Of a DNA stretch of 49,701 nt, positions 33,114-43,026 are shown one piece after another. Within the stretch, counting starts at the first letter, position 1. The number at the start of each line of letters is the position of its first letter. Below the pieces are notes generated by a model that saw only the letters and a program-made list of their open reading frames with translations, was not told the origin of the DNA and did not search any database. Source of the DNA: Candidatus Methylomirabilales bacterium (GTDB lineage: Bacteria > Methylomirabilota > Methylomirabilia > Methylomirabilales > CSP1-5); NCBI GenBank assembly GCA_041599135.1, contig JBFHXD010000003.1, positions 1 to 49,701 of the forward strand, given 5' to 3'. The position numbers and the translations under genes were made by a program.

Positions 33114-34349
33114 ATGGAAGAGCGGCTTCCAAATCGAATAATGTTCCCCCTTCTGGGGGTCGGTATCAACCTGTGCTTGGGGAACCTGTATGCGTGGAGC
33201 GTTTTCCGGACACCCCTGATGAAGGACTACGGCTGGACAGCCGCCGAGGCGACGTTTCCGTTCCAACTCTCGATCGCGTTTTTCGCCGTGGCGATGGTGT
33301 TCGCCGGCCGGTGGCAGGATAAGGCGGGACCGCGGACGGTGGGGATGACCGGGGGGGTTCTCTTCGGCGTAGGGTTCATCCTCACGTCCATGATCGGAAA
33401 CACGCTAACGGGCCTGTACCTGGCGTACGGCGTGATCTGCGGCATCGCCATGGGATGCGCCTATGTGACCCCGCTGGCCGTCACGATCAAGTGGTGGCCG
33501 GACAAGCGGGGCCTCATGACCGGGCTCGTGGTGATGGGGTTCGGCGCCGGGGCCATCATCGGTGGCATCGGCGGCCCGCTCTTGATCAGGGCTACCGGGG
33601 TTATGACCACCTTCCTCATCTTCGGGATCGTCTTCGGCGGTGTGGTTACCCTCTGCGCGGCGATGCTGCGCAATCCCCCGCCCGGGTATAAGCCGGCAGG
33701 CTGGTCACCCCCGGCTCCGGCGGTTGGCGCGAAGGTGGCGAAAGCCGACTACTCGCCCGGCGAGATGATGGGCACGATCCAGTTCTACCTCCTGTGGATC
33801 CCGTACTTCATCGGATCGGCAGTGGGGCTTACACTCATCTCGCAGGCGTCCCCGATCGGCCAGGAGATGGCCGGACTCACGCCGGTCGTCGCGGGAGGGG
33901 CCGTGACGCTTCTGGCTGTCTTTAACGGCCTCGGGCGGCCCGGCTTCGGCTGGATCTCTGACCTGGTTGGGCGGAAAAACGCCGTCATCCTCGACTTCGC
34001 GATTCTGATGGTGGCGATGCTCCTCATCCTTCCGAACGCGACCTCATTTGCCGTGTATGCCCTCGCGGTCTGCATGGTGGGGTTCGGCTTCGGCGGGTTC
34101 CTGGCCCTGATGCCGGCCTTCACCGCAGATTTCTTCGGCACCAAAAACCTGGGGCTTAACTACGGGTTGGTCTTCAGCGCGTGGGGGTTTGCCGGTCTCT
34201 TCGGGCCGATTCTGGGCCTGAAGGTCCGGGCGGCGTCGGGGGCCTGGCTGAATGCCTTTTACATTTACGCCGCCCTGTGTGTCGTGGGGATTATCTGTAT
34301 AGCAATGGCCAAGGCGCCGACCGCGAAGGAGGTCGAGGCCAAGGCGTAA
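33114..34349 (+). CDS. OFA-family (OxlT/YhjX-like) MFS transporter
   Basis: LGNLYAWSVF, GRWQDKAGPR, KWWPDKRGLMTGL..MGFGAG, NGLGR..GWISD..GR, FGTKNLGLNYG. Confidence 0.93.
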   Translation: MEERLPNRIMFPLLGVGINLCLGNLYAWSVFRTPLMKDYGWTAAEATFPFQLSIAFFAVAMVFAGRWQDKAGPRTVGMTGGVLFGVGFILTSMIGNTLTGLYLAYGVICGIAMGCAYVTPLAVTIKWWPDKRGLMTGLVVMGFGAGAIIGGIGGPLLIRATGVMTTFLIFGIVFGGVVTLCAAMLRNPPPGYKPAGWSPPAPAVGAKVAKADYSPGEMMGTIQFYLLWIPYFIGSAVGLTLISQASPIGQEMAGLTPVVAGGAVTLLAVFNGLGRPGFGWISDLVGRKNAVILDFAILMVAMLLILPNATSFAVYALAVCMVGFGFGGFLALMPAFTADFFGTKNLGLNYGLVFSAWGFAGLFGPILGLKVRAASGAWLNAFYIYAALCVVGIICIAMAKAPTAKEVEAKA

Positions 34350-34381
34350 GTACCATTCTCAGTGAGAAGGCTCTGTCTACT

Positions 34382-34417
34382 CAACGAGAGGCTCACCGCG
34401 AGGTGAGCCTCTCGTTG
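34382..34417 (+). other. Perfect 16-bp hairpin with GCGA tetraloop between MFS and ccr
   Basis: CAACGAGAGGCTCACC-GCGA-GGTGAGCCTCTCGTTG; no U-tract, so more likely an mRNA stability/processing element. Confidence 0.7.
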
Positions 34418-34459
34418 TCTATGCCGTGATCCGAGGGTGTTGAGCGTGGAGGTGCGAGG

Positions 34460-35707
34460 ATGAGTGGGAAAACGCACTACGACATTGGCGAGATGCCGCC
34501 CCTTGGCCATGTGCCGAAGTACATGATCGGCCACCTCATCCGCCAGGACCGATTCGGCGAGCCCACCACGGCCTTCCAGATCGAGAAGGTCGAGGTGCCT
34601 TCCTTGAAACCGGATGAGGTGCTGGTCTACGTCATGGCCGCGGGGATCAACTATAACAACGTCTGGGCCGGTCTCGGGAGCCCGGTGGATGTAATCAAGG
34701 CCCGCCAGAAGGATCCCGACTACGTCCCCTTCCATATTGGCGGGAGCGACGCCTCCGGTATCGTGTACGCGGTAGGCTCCGATGTGGCGAACCTCAAGGT
34801 GGGGGACCAGGTGGTCATCCACTGCGGTATGTGGAGCCGTGACTGCCCCATGGTGCGGTCCGGGATTGATCCCATGTTCAGCCCGACCTTTCGCATCTGG
34901 GGCTACGAGTCCAACTGGGGAAGCTTCGCCCAGTTCACCAAGGTGCAGGCCCATCAGTGTCTCCCCAAGCCCCCGCACCTCACCTGGGAGGCCGCAGCGG
35001 CCTACATGCTCGTGGGTGCCACGGCCTACCGAATGCTCTTGGGCTGGTCCGAGCACGTCGTGCGCCCTGGGGATGTGGTGATGATCTGGGGCGGATCCGG
35101 CGGCTTGGGGTGTATGGCCATCCAGATTACGAAGGCCATGGGGGGCGTCCCGGTGGCTGTCGTCTCGAGCGACGAGAAGGGCGAATACTGCCTGAAGCTC
35201 GGCGCCAAAGGGTACATCAATCGTCGGAAATTCTCCCACTGGGGGATGCTGCCCCACTGGAAGGATACGGCAGCGTATGATCGCTGGCTGGATGGGGCCC
35301 GAGCCTTTGGGAAAGCGGTCTGGGAGATTGTCGGTGAGCGGAAGAGCCCGCGCCTGGTCTTTGAGCATCCCGGTGAGGATACCATTCCGACTTCCATCTT
35401 CGTGTGCGAGACGGGGGGAATGGTGGTGATTTGCGCCGGCACCACCGGCTATAACGCCGTGGCGGATCTACGCTATCTGTGGATGCGGCAGAAGCGGCTG
35501 CAGGGGTCTCACTTTGCCAATGACGAGCAGTGCGCGGCCCTGAACCAGTTGGTCATCGAAGGGAAAGTCGACCCCTGCCTCTCCCGCACCTTTACCTTCG
35601 ACGAAATCCCGCTGTGCCACCAGCTCATGTACGAGAATCGCCACTCGCCGGGGAATATGGCGGCGCTGGTCAATGCGCCGCACCCGGGATTGACGCGCAT
35701 CCCGTAA
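34460..35707 (+). CDS. ccr: Crotonyl-CoA carboxylase/reductase
   Basis: [52 protein letters not shown]; CO2-binding Asn/aromatic/Glu/His positions appear present. Confidence 0.95.
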   Translation: MSGKTHYDIGEMPPLGHVPKYMIGHLIRQDRFGEPTTAFQIEKVEVPSLKPDEVLVYVMAAGINYNNVWAGLGSPVDVIKARQKDPDYVPFHIGGSDASGIVYAVGSDVANLKVGDQVVIHCGMWSRDCPMVRSGIDPMFSPTFRIWGYESNWGSFAQFTKVQAHQCLPKPPHLTWEAAAAYMLVGATAYRMLLGWSEHVVRPGDVVMIWGGSGGLGCMAIQITKAMGGVPVAVVSSDEKGEYCLKLGAKGYINRRKFSHWGMLPHWKDTAAYDRWLDGARAFGKAVWEIVGERKSPRLVFEHPGEDTIPTSIFVCETGGMVVICAGTTGYNAVADLRYLWMRQKRLQGSHFANDEQCAALNQLVIEGKVDPCLSRTFTFDEIPLCHQLMYENRHSPGNMAALVNAPHPGLTRIP

Positions 35708-36059
35708 TGCGCCGACACTTTTTTACCTGCCGAGCGAAAATTTCGGAAGGGGGCCATGATCCCTGCTCGTTCGCCCCCCCGGATCTTTCCCGTTTGCAGG
35801 CTTGCCGTCGAAGGACGCGATCCTCACTGCCGCCTACAACTGCGAACTCGCGCTTGTTTTCGCTTGACTTCGATGATTTATAAAATACCCTATTTTTTTG
35901 GTACTTCCCTTCACCTGGTAACGGCTATTTTACGAAAAATGCACGTCTGGTTAGGTTAAGAACGATTCAGTCGCCCAGAGAGAGAATGCCCCGCTGACCC
36001 ATTCTGGGGGCCGAAGCAGGACTCTGAGTGATGCGGAGAAGCATGATGAGCCATTTCGA

Positions 36060-39000
36060 ATGAGGGCCCGAGACATCATGATCACCGAGGTTCACGCGCC
36101 GCTCCCCAAAGCGACGATTACCGAGGTCGAGCGCGAGCAGATTCGCAAGCAGGTCGCGCAGGCCGGCAAGCTCATTGCCCCGAACTGGCCGATCCGTACG
36201 ATCATCGCCCGGAACCCCTTGGCCGGGCTGGAGCACAGGCCGTTTCATGAAGCGGTCCGGGAGGCCCAGGCGATGTTCACCGGGCGGGGCTACTTCGCGC
36301 TCGAAGAATTGCGCGCCCAGTATGCCCGTGGCCGGATCACCAAGGCTGCCCTCCTCCGGGCCCTCCGCCGGTTCACGCCGGAATCCATCACGGGATCGCC
36401 GGTGCACGTGGGAAGTCGCCGGATCGAGCCCGCCGAGATTCTCCTCCTCCACCTCCTGTACGGGATTGAGGCGACCGAGCCGGCCATTTTTCAGTGGCGG
36501 GTCCGCGAGGAAGGGGTAACCCAGCGGCTTCGCCAAGATCTCCCTGCCGAGGTGAAGGAGCGGCTCCTGGATCGGGCGCGGGGCGAGCGTACCAAGAATG
36601 CGGGCCGGGGTGACGCCATCCGAGGAGATTCCACGCGGGATCTGGAAGCCGACTATGCTGCGTCGCTCTGGATGGCTACCCTGACGGCCCTCAGCCATGC
36701 CGGGATGCCCGATGAGAAAGCCGACACGCGGCAGGCTGCGTCTGCAGCGGAGACGCTCCCCCCTCCGTGGCGTACGAAGACGGTAGGCGAATGGCTCGAG
36801 GCGCTCACCGGGATGAATGTTGTGGAGCAGCTCAACGAGCACATGATCAAGTGGTGCACCGCTTTTCTGGATGAGGGGTTAGCAGGATGGGGGATGCCGG
36901 AACGCGCCCGGGGATTCTACCTCGCGTGGCGGGACGTAGCCCGGCATGACCGGTCTGTGAGGTTCCTGGGCCTCCGGGACTTTCGTCGTAGGGTTCAGGC
37001 CCTCCCGGCAGACCCGGAGGAGACCGTTGTCACTTGCCTTCGCACGCTGGGTATTCCGGACGATCATTGGACCGACTACTTCGCTCGGCACCTGGCTCAT
37101 CTCTCCGGCTGGGCCGGGCTGATCCGGTGGCGGGCGTTGAACCCGGATTATCCCTGGCAGCAGGAGCATCCCGTTGACCTCGTGGAGTACCTGGCGGTGC
37201 GTCTCTTCTATGAGGTGGCATTGGTTCAGAGCATCTGCCGCACCACCTGGGGCATTGACGGCAGCCTTCCGGCCCTTCTGGCTTCCATCCAGACCCACCC
37301 GGCCCATACCGGAGCCGGGACTATGACGCACGACTCGACGCACGCCGAGTCTCCCTCTTGGATCTGCCGGGATGCGTGGCGCCTGTTTCAGCTTGCCCAG
37401 TTCCTCGAGCTCTCTCCCGACGATGTCCGGGGACTGTCCGCCCAGGCTATCCAAGCACTGCTTGGACTCTTAGATGCGCTTCCCCCGGAGGCGCAGGTCC
37501 CGGTCTGGCAAGAGGCTTATGAGGACGAGTACCAGCAGGAGCTGCTGGGCAAGCTGGCGGCAAACTCCCCCCGGCCACGGTGGGATGGGCGGCCTGAGGC
37601 TCAGGCGGCCTTCTGCATTGATGTGCGGTCAGAGGTTCTCCGCCGACACCTGGAGGCGCAAGGGCCGTATGAAACACTGGGCTTTGCCGGCTTCTTTGGG
37701 GTCCTGCTCGCCTTTACCCCGTTTGACCGGGCAGACACGCAGTTGCTCTGCCCGGTGATTGTCCAACCGAAGTATGCGGCCACCGAAATTCCGCGCACGG
37801 ATCACGATCGAACCTTGCGCCACTACGTCTCTGGGTCCCGGTGGCGTCAGGTGATGCATCACGTGCTGCATGACCTCAAACACAGCCCGCTTGCTTCGTT
37901 TCTGACGGTGGATTTCCTTGGGTGGCTGTTCGGTCTGGCGCTGGTAGGCAAGACGCTCGCCCGGGTGCCGTATGCCCGGTTCAGGGAGCAGCTCCACCGA
38001 TGGCTGGGGCAATCGGTCGCCACCCGCATCCCGATCGAGAAGCCGAGCGACCAGGAGAGTGAAGCGGGCCTCAAGCCGCGCGAGCGGGCTGCCGCCCTCG
38101 GGATCACCGCCCAGGGCTTTACGCTGGCTGAGCAGGCAACAATCGTCGAGACCGCCCTGCGGCTCATGGGCCTTACCCGGACCTTCGCCCGGCTTGTGCT
38201 TTTCTGCGGGCATGGGAGCACGTCGGATAATAACCCCTTTGTCGGCGCGCTGGACTGCGGGGCCTGTGGGGGAAGTCCGGGGGGACCCAACGCCCGAGTC
38301 CTCGCGTCTATGGGCAACCAGCCGGCGGTGCGGGCGCTGCTGCGCGAGCGCGGCCTTGCCATTCCCGAGGACACCTGGTTCCTCGCAGGCCAGCATGACA
38401 CGACCCGGGATCAGGTGCGCCTCTACGATCTTGAAGATCTCCCCGCCTCCCACTGGCAGGATGTGCGGCGGCTCCTCCAGGCCCTTGAGCGGGCCGGGGG
38501 CCTGGCAGCTCAGGAACGGTGTACCCGGCTGCCTGGGGCACCGAAATCCTCTGCGGTGGAGTCCGTGCGCCATGTCCACCAACGGAGCGTGGACTGGGCG
38601 CAGGTCCGGCCCGAATGGGGCCTCTCCGGGAATGCAGCCTACATTATCGGGCAACGCAGCATAAGCTACGGGCTGAACCTTGAGGGCCGCGTCTTTATGC
38701 ATTCCTACGATCCCGAGCCGGATGAAGACGGCCAGCGGCTGGAGTTTCTCATGACTGCCCCGGGGGTGGTCATGCAGATGATCAGCGCGCAGTACTACTT
38801 CTCCGCGGTGGACCCCTGGATCTACGGGAGCGGGAGCAAGGTGATCCACAATGTGGTGGGTGGGATTGGAGTGATGCTGGGCCGCCAGAGCGATCTGATG
38901 ACCGGCCTCCCGCTCCAGTCGCTAATGGACGGTCGTGTTCCTTTCCACGAGCCGCTGCGACTGTTGGCCATTATTGAAGCCCCTCTTGCCCGCATCGAGG

Positions 39001-39137
39001 CGATCATTCGGCGCCATCAAATTCTCCAGCACTTCTTCAACAACCAGTGGGTGCACCTGGTGGCGCTGGATCCCCGTACCCGGGAGTTCTCCCGCTACGG
39101 GCCGGGAGGAGGCTGGGTCCGCTGGAGCCCGGAGTGA
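36060..39137 (+). CDS. dabA: DUF2309 (UPF0753) inorganic carbon transporter subunit DabA
   Basis: APNWP....ARNPL; Zn ligands FCIDVRSE, CGHGS, LDCGACGG; DWAQVRPEWGL; GSGSK.IHNV; HEPLRL. Confidence 0.95.
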   Translation: MRARDIMITEVHAPLPKATITEVEREQIRKQVAQAGKLIAPNWPIRTIIARNPLAGLEHRPFHEAVREAQAMFTGRGYFALEELRAQYARGRITKAALLRALRRFTPESITGSPVHVGSRRIEPAEILLLHLLYGIEATEPAIFQWRVREEGVTQRLRQDLPAEVKERLLDRARGERTKNAGRGDAIRGDSTRDLEADYAASLWMATLTALSHAGMPDEKADTRQAASAAETLPPPWRTKTVGEWLEALTGMNVVEQLNEHMIKWCTAFLDEGLAGWGMPERARGFYLAWRDVARHDRSVRFLGLRDFRRRVQALPADPEETVVTCLRTLGIPDDHWTDYFARHLAHLSGWAGLIRWRALNPDYPWQQEHPVDLVEYLAVRLFYEVALVQSICRTTWGIDGSLPALLASIQTHPAHTGAGTMTHDSTHAESPSWICRDAWRLFQLAQFLELSPDDVRGLSAQAIQALLGLLDALPPEAQVPVWQEAYEDEYQQELLGKLAANSPRPRWDGRPEAQAAFCIDVRSEVLRRHLEAQGPYETLGFAGFFGVLLAFTPFDRADTQLLCPVIVQPKYAATEIPRTDHDRTLRHYVSGSRWRQVMHHVLHDLKHSPLASFLTVDFLGWLFGLALVGKTLARVPYARFREQLHRWLGQSVATRIPIEKPSDQESEAGLKPRERAAALGITAQGFTLAEQATIVETALRLMGLTRTFARLVLFCGHGSTSDNNPFVGALDCGACGGSPGGPNARVLASMGNQPAVRALLRERGLAIPEDTWFLAGQHDTTRDQVRLYDLEDLPASHWQDVRRLLQALERAGGLAAQERCTRLPGAPKSSAVESVRHVHQRSVDWAQVRPEWGLSGNAAYIIGQRSISYGLNLEGRVFMHSYDPEPDEDGQRLEFLMTAPGVVMQMISAQYYFSAVDPWIYGSGSKVIHNVVGGIGVMLGRQSDLMTGLPLQSLMDGRVPFHEPLRLLAIIEAPLARIEAIIRRHQILQHFFNNQWVHLVALDPRTREFSRYGPGGGWVRWSPE

Positions 39138-39148
39138 CTGGAGGTGCC

Positions 39149-39637
39149 ATGACTCGGAGAACCCGCAGCATCATCGTGAACACCTTGGTGTTGTTCGGGA
39201 TCTGGCTGCTCTTCTCTGGACAGCTAGAACCCTTCTATGTGGGAGCCGGGCTTGGTTCGGCTCTGTTGGTGGCCTGGCTTCGAGTCGGCTTGCCGGCCTT
39301 GCCCGCGTCGCCATTTCCATGGCGGCGTCTCCTACTCTATGTGCCGTGGCTGTTCTCCCGCATCATCCTGGCGAACCTCCATGTCGCCGCGATCATCTTC
39401 AATCCGCGTCTGCCCATCGCGCCGAAGATTTTCCGCTACCGGACAGCGCTGCGTGATCCCCGGGCGGTGGTATTGCTGGCGAACTCGATTACGCTCACGC
39501 CCGGGACGATCACGGTTGGGGTGTCTCAAGACACACTCGTGGTGCATGCCCTGGATGCCGACTCGGCGGGGGCTATCCTCAACAACACGCTAGAGCGGAA
39601 GATCGCTCCCGTGTTCACCGAGCTGCGGGAGGGCTGA
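39149..39637 (+). CDS. mrpE: Mrp/Mnh antiporter subunit E
   Basis: Start re-called at ATG 39149 (GGAGGT); LANSITLTPGTITV...VHAL. Confidence 0.93.
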   Translation: MTRRTRSIIVNTLVLFGIWLLFSGQLEPFYVGAGLGSALLVAWLRVGLPALPASPFPWRRLLLYVPWLFSRIILANLHVAAIIFNPRLPIAPKIFRYRTALRDPRAVVLLANSITLTPGTITVGVSQDTLVVHALDADSAGAILNNTLERKIAPVFTELREG

Positions 39638-39903
39638 TGCAGACATTCTTCTTTGCTGTCCTGCTGACCATCGTGATCCTCGCGCTGGTCTACCTCTTCC
39701 GTATGGTTTTCGGGCCGACCCTGTTTGACCGGCTCCTCGGCCTGAATGGGATCTCGAACAAGGCCATCCTGATCCTGGTTCTCATCGGGACGCTGTATGA
39801 GCGCCTGGACATCTTTGTGGACATTTCCGTGGGGTATGCGCTCCTGAACCTTGTTGGGGCCGTGGCCGTCGCCAAGTTTCTGGAGCTGAAAGGGATGCCG
39901 TAA
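39637..39903 (+). CDS. mrpF: Mrp/Mnh antiporter subunit F
   Basis: RMVFGPTLFDR..., three TM helices. Confidence 0.93.
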   Translation: MQTFFFAVLLTIVILALVYLFRMVFGPTLFDRLLGLNGISNKAILILVLIGTLYERLDIFVDISVGYALLNLVGAVAVAKFLELKGMP

Positions 39904-40212
39904 ATGAACATCGTCGTGATCCTGCTCATCCTTTCTGGGCTGTTTTTCCTGGTGGGTGCGGCGATCGGAATGGTGCGGTTGCCCGATGTATTCACCCGTG
40001 CCCATGCCTTGGGGCTCACCGACACCCTCGGCTTGACGCTCGTCCTGTTCGGCGTTGTCTGCTATCAGGGCTTCTCACTTTCCGCCGTCAAGACCCTGCT
40101 GATCCTGGTGCTCCTCTATCTGTTCAACCCGGTGATCACGCATGTCGCGCTCCGGGCTGCCCTGCGGACGGGCCTCCAGCCCTGGACGCATGAGGAGGGA
40201 GAGGGGGTATGA
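39904..40212 (+). CDS. mrpG: Mrp/Mnh antiporter subunit G
   Basis: GMVRLPDVFTRAHA...DTLG, NPVITH. Confidence 0.93.
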   Translation: MNIVVILLILSGLFFLVGAAIGMVRLPDVFTRAHALGLTDTLGLTLVLFGVVCYQGFSLSAVKTLLILVLLYLFNPVITHVALRAALRTGLQPWTHEEGEGV

Positions 40213-40736
40213 ACCCCTGGGTCGACGCCGCCTTACTCCTGTTGTTGGTCTTGACCGCATCCGGGGCCATGCTGACCCGGGATCTGATCGGGGCGGTCTT
40301 TATTTTAAGCTGCTATAGCTTCGTGTTAGCGCTGAACTGGGCTTGGGTGGGGGCGGCTGATGTCGCCTTCACTGAAGCGGTCGTCGGGGCGGGTCTCTCC
40401 ACGGTGTTCTTTCTTCTGGCACTGTTTTTGACCTCTCCCAAGGAGGCTCGATCCCCGCATCATCGGGGGCACTGGCTGGCCATCGGGGGGTTGGTCGCCC
40501 TCGGTCTTCTCTTGGTGCGTGCGGCCAAGGATCTCCCCCGCATGGGGGATCCGGCTTCCGCGCCGAATGCCTATCTCACTCCGGTGTACTTGCAACGGAG
40601 CCTGGAGGATACCCTGACGCCCAACGTCGTGACCTCGATCCTTATGGACTACCGAGGATTAGACACCTTAATCGAGACGGCCGTGATCTTCGCCGCCAGC
40701 ATCGGGTGTGCGCTACTGCTTCGGCGAGAGCACTAA
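40209..40736 (+). CDS. Mrp-type subunit (DUF4040 + MbhE-like, equivalent to the MrpA C-terminal part)
   Basis: AADVAFTEAVVGAG; PNVVTSILMDYRGLDTLIE. Confidence 0.88.
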   Translation: MNPWVDAALLLLLVLTASGAMLTRDLIGAVFILSCYSFVLALNWAWVGAADVAFTEAVVGAGLSTVFFLLALFLTSPKEARSPHHRGHWLAIGGLVALGLLLVRAAKDLPRMGDPASAPNAYLTPVYLQRSLEDTLTPNVVTSILMDYRGLDTLIETAVIFAASIGCALLLRREH

Positions 40737-40748
40737 CCGGGGGGCCCG

Positions 40749-41195
40749 ATGCTCCAGCCCTATGACAGCCTGATCACCCAAACCCTCTGCCGGGTTCTGA
40801 TCCCGTGGCTCCAGCTTTACGGCCTCTATGTCCTGGTTCATGGACAGGTGAGTCCAGGGGGTGGCTTCGTAGGGGGAGTGGTCATTGGGGCCACGTTGCT
40901 CCTCAGCCTGCTCGTCTACGGCGATGGCCCGACCTCGCGCATGATTACGCGGTTTGCCACGTACGGAGAGGGGATGGGGCTCCTACTCTTTACCGCCATC
41001 GGGATCCTCTGCCTCCTCTGGGCCGGGGAGTTCTTGGACTATGGGTCGGTACGTGTGCCGGGATGGGAGGGGCCGGTGCGGCGCTGGACAGGAATTCTGC
41101 TCACGATGGTGGGAGTATACGTGGATGTGGCCGTCGTCGCGGTCGCGATTTTTTATAGCCTCTCCCCAAATAATATGGAGCCGGATCATGACTGA
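40749..41195 (+). CDS. mrpB: Mrp/Mnh antiporter subunit B
   Basis: HGQVSPGGGFVGG motif. Confidence 0.9.
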   Translation: MLQPYDSLITQTLCRVLIPWLQLYGLYVLVHGQVSPGGGFVGGVVIGATLLLSLLVYGDGPTSRMITRFATYGEGMGLLLFTAIGILCLLWAGEFLDYGSVRVPGWEGPVRRWTGILLTMVGVYVDVAVVAVAIFYSLSPNNMEPDHD

Positions 41196-41550
41196 GACTC
41201 TGCTCGGCCAGGGGAACTTTTTCGCCTTCATCTTTCTCTTTCTGTGGGGACTCCTGATCATGCTGTCCCATCACAACCTGATCAAAAAGCTGATGGGCAT
41301 GTACTTGGTCCAGACCAGCGTGATTCTCTTTTTTGTGTCGCTCTCGGCGAAGCGGGGGGGCACGGTGGCGATCCTGCTTCCGGACGTCACGCGACCCGAG
41401 GCCTATACGAACCCGCTGCCTCCCGCTCTCATGCTCACCGCGATCGTGGTGGGGGTGGCGACGTTAGGGGTGTCCCTGGCCCTGGCGGTTCGGCTCTACC
41501 GGCAGTTCGGGACGCTTGAGGAGGGGGAGATTTTCAGGAGAATCGGATGA
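41188..41550 (+). CDS. mrpC: Mrp/Mnh antiporter subunit C
   Basis: Start re-called at ATG 41188; NLIKKL; NPLPPALMLTAIVVG. Confidence 0.92.
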   Translation: MTETLLGQGNFFAFIFLFLWGLLIMLSHHNLIKKLMGMYLVQTSVILFFVSLSAKRGGTVAILLPDVTRPEAYTNPLPPALMLTAIVVGVATLGVSLALAVRLYRQFGTLEEGEIFRRIG

Positions 41551-43019
41551 GCATGCATCTCCCGGTCCTGATCTTTGCCTTCCCGTTCTTCACCGCGGTT
41601 GCCATGCCTTTGGTGGGGCTGCGGAAGCGAGCGTGGTGCCGGCCTTTGACCCTGATTGCCCTTTCGGCCATGAGCCTGCTTGCGCTGCTTCTGCTTGCGA
41701 CGGTGGTGGAAGATGGACCAATCCGTTACGCCTTCGGTGGGTGGGCCCCGCCTCTAGGCATCGAGTGGGTGGCAGATGGGCTGAGCAGCCTCATGATGGT
41801 CGCGGTGAGCCTGATTGCGCTGCTCGCGGTGGTCTACGGCGACTCACCGCTTATGCAGGGGCCGCTTGCGAGGAAGACGGCCCTGTATTACACGTTGGTA
41901 CTTCTTATGGTTTCAGGCCTCACGGGGATCGTGCTGACGGCCGATCTGTTTAATCTGTTTGTGTTTCTCGAATTGGCATCACTCTCCGCCTATGCCCTGG
42001 TCGGGGTGGCCGGGGGCCACGCGAGTCTGGCCGCCTTTCGGTACCTCATCCTGGGGACCATCGGAGCCTCGTTGTACCTGCTTGGGGTCAGCTTTGTCTA
42101 CGCGGCCACCGGGACGCTCAACATGGCTGATGCCGCCCAGCGCCTCCCCGCGCTCCTCGCCTCCCCTGTGGTCTTATGGGGAAGCGTGTTGATCATGGTC
42201 GGGTTGGCCATCAAGATGGCGCTCGTCCCCCTGCATGGCTGGCTGCCCGATGCCTACACCCATGCCCCCGATGCGGTAAGCAGCCTCATTGCCCCTCTGA
42301 TGACCAAAGTCTCGCTGTACGCGCTGGTGCGGGTCGCCTACTGGGTCTTTGGCCCCGAAACGATGACGGCACAAATTCCGGTCTTGCCGGTCTTAATCTG
42401 GATCGGGGCCGGCGCCGCCGTGGTTGGCGCCTGCCTGGCCTTGATCCAGGGGCACCTCAAGCGGATGTTCGCCTACGGGGGAATTGCGCACATCGGCTTA
42501 AGCGTCTTAGGGATCGGCCTGGGGAACCGGACCGGGTTTGCCGGTGGCGTCTTTTACCTAATCACCGATGCGGTGATGCAGGCCGGCCTCTTCTTTGTGG
42601 CCGCGGCAGCCAGCTCCATGCATGGAGTGCGCGAGCTGGGGGAACTTGAGCGCCTCCGGGGCCGGATGCCCTGGGTGCTGGCTGCCTTGGTCGTGATCGC
42701 GCTCTCCATGATTGGCTTCCCGCCAACAGGGGGGTTCTTTGGCAAGTGGTACCTCGTGCTGGGGGCCCTGGAACGGCAGCACTATCTGGCCGTGGCAGCC
42801 ATCATCGGGAGCACCGTGCTGACCCTGGCCTACTTCTTCCGGATTTTTGAGAAAGTGTACTTGGGGAGGACCCCGGTTTCGGCTCGCTCCCCCGAGGCGC
42901 TTCCCTGGAGCATGCGCCTTGGCCTCGCTGTTGTCACCCTGGCCCTTCTCATCCTCGGCTTCGGCAGCGACTGGCTCATCGCGCTGATCCAGACCACGGC
43001 TGTACCGAAGGGACTCTAA
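41547..43019 (+). CDS. mrpD: Mrp/Mnh antiporter subunit D
   Basis: GGWAPPLGIE, DLFNLFVFLE, IKMALVPLHGWLPDAY, GFPPTGGFFGKW. Confidence 0.93.
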   Translation: MSMHLPVLIFAFPFFTAVAMPLVGLRKRAWCRPLTLIALSAMSLLALLLLATVVEDGPIRYAFGGWAPPLGIEWVADGLSSLMMVAVSLIALLAVVYGDSPLMQGPLARKTALYYTLVLLMVSGLTGIVLTADLFNLFVFLELASLSAYALVGVAGGHASLAAFRYLILGTIGASLYLLGVSFVYAATGTLNMADAAQRLPALLASPVVLWGSVLIMVGLAIKMALVPLHGWLPDAYTHAPDAVSSLIAPLMTKVSLYALVRVAYWVFGPETMTAQIPVLPVLIWIGAGAAVVGACLALIQGHLKRMFAYGGIAHIGLSVLGIGLGNRTGFAGGVFYLITDAVMQAGLFFVAAAASSMHGVRELGELERLRGRMPWVLAALVVIALSMIGFPPTGGFFGKWYLVLGALERQHYLAVAAIIGSTVLTLAYFFRIFEKVYLGRTPVSARSPEALPWSMRLGLAVVTLALLILGFGSDWLIALIQTTAVPKGL

Positions 43020-43026
43020 GAGGCTC

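Noticed and set aside
33114-34349. Oxalate catabolism (OxlT plus formyl-CoA transferase)
   Set aside because: No oxalyl-CoA decarboxylase; the CoA-transferases are about 20 kb away and not clearly Frc; OFA-family substrate cannot be inferred.
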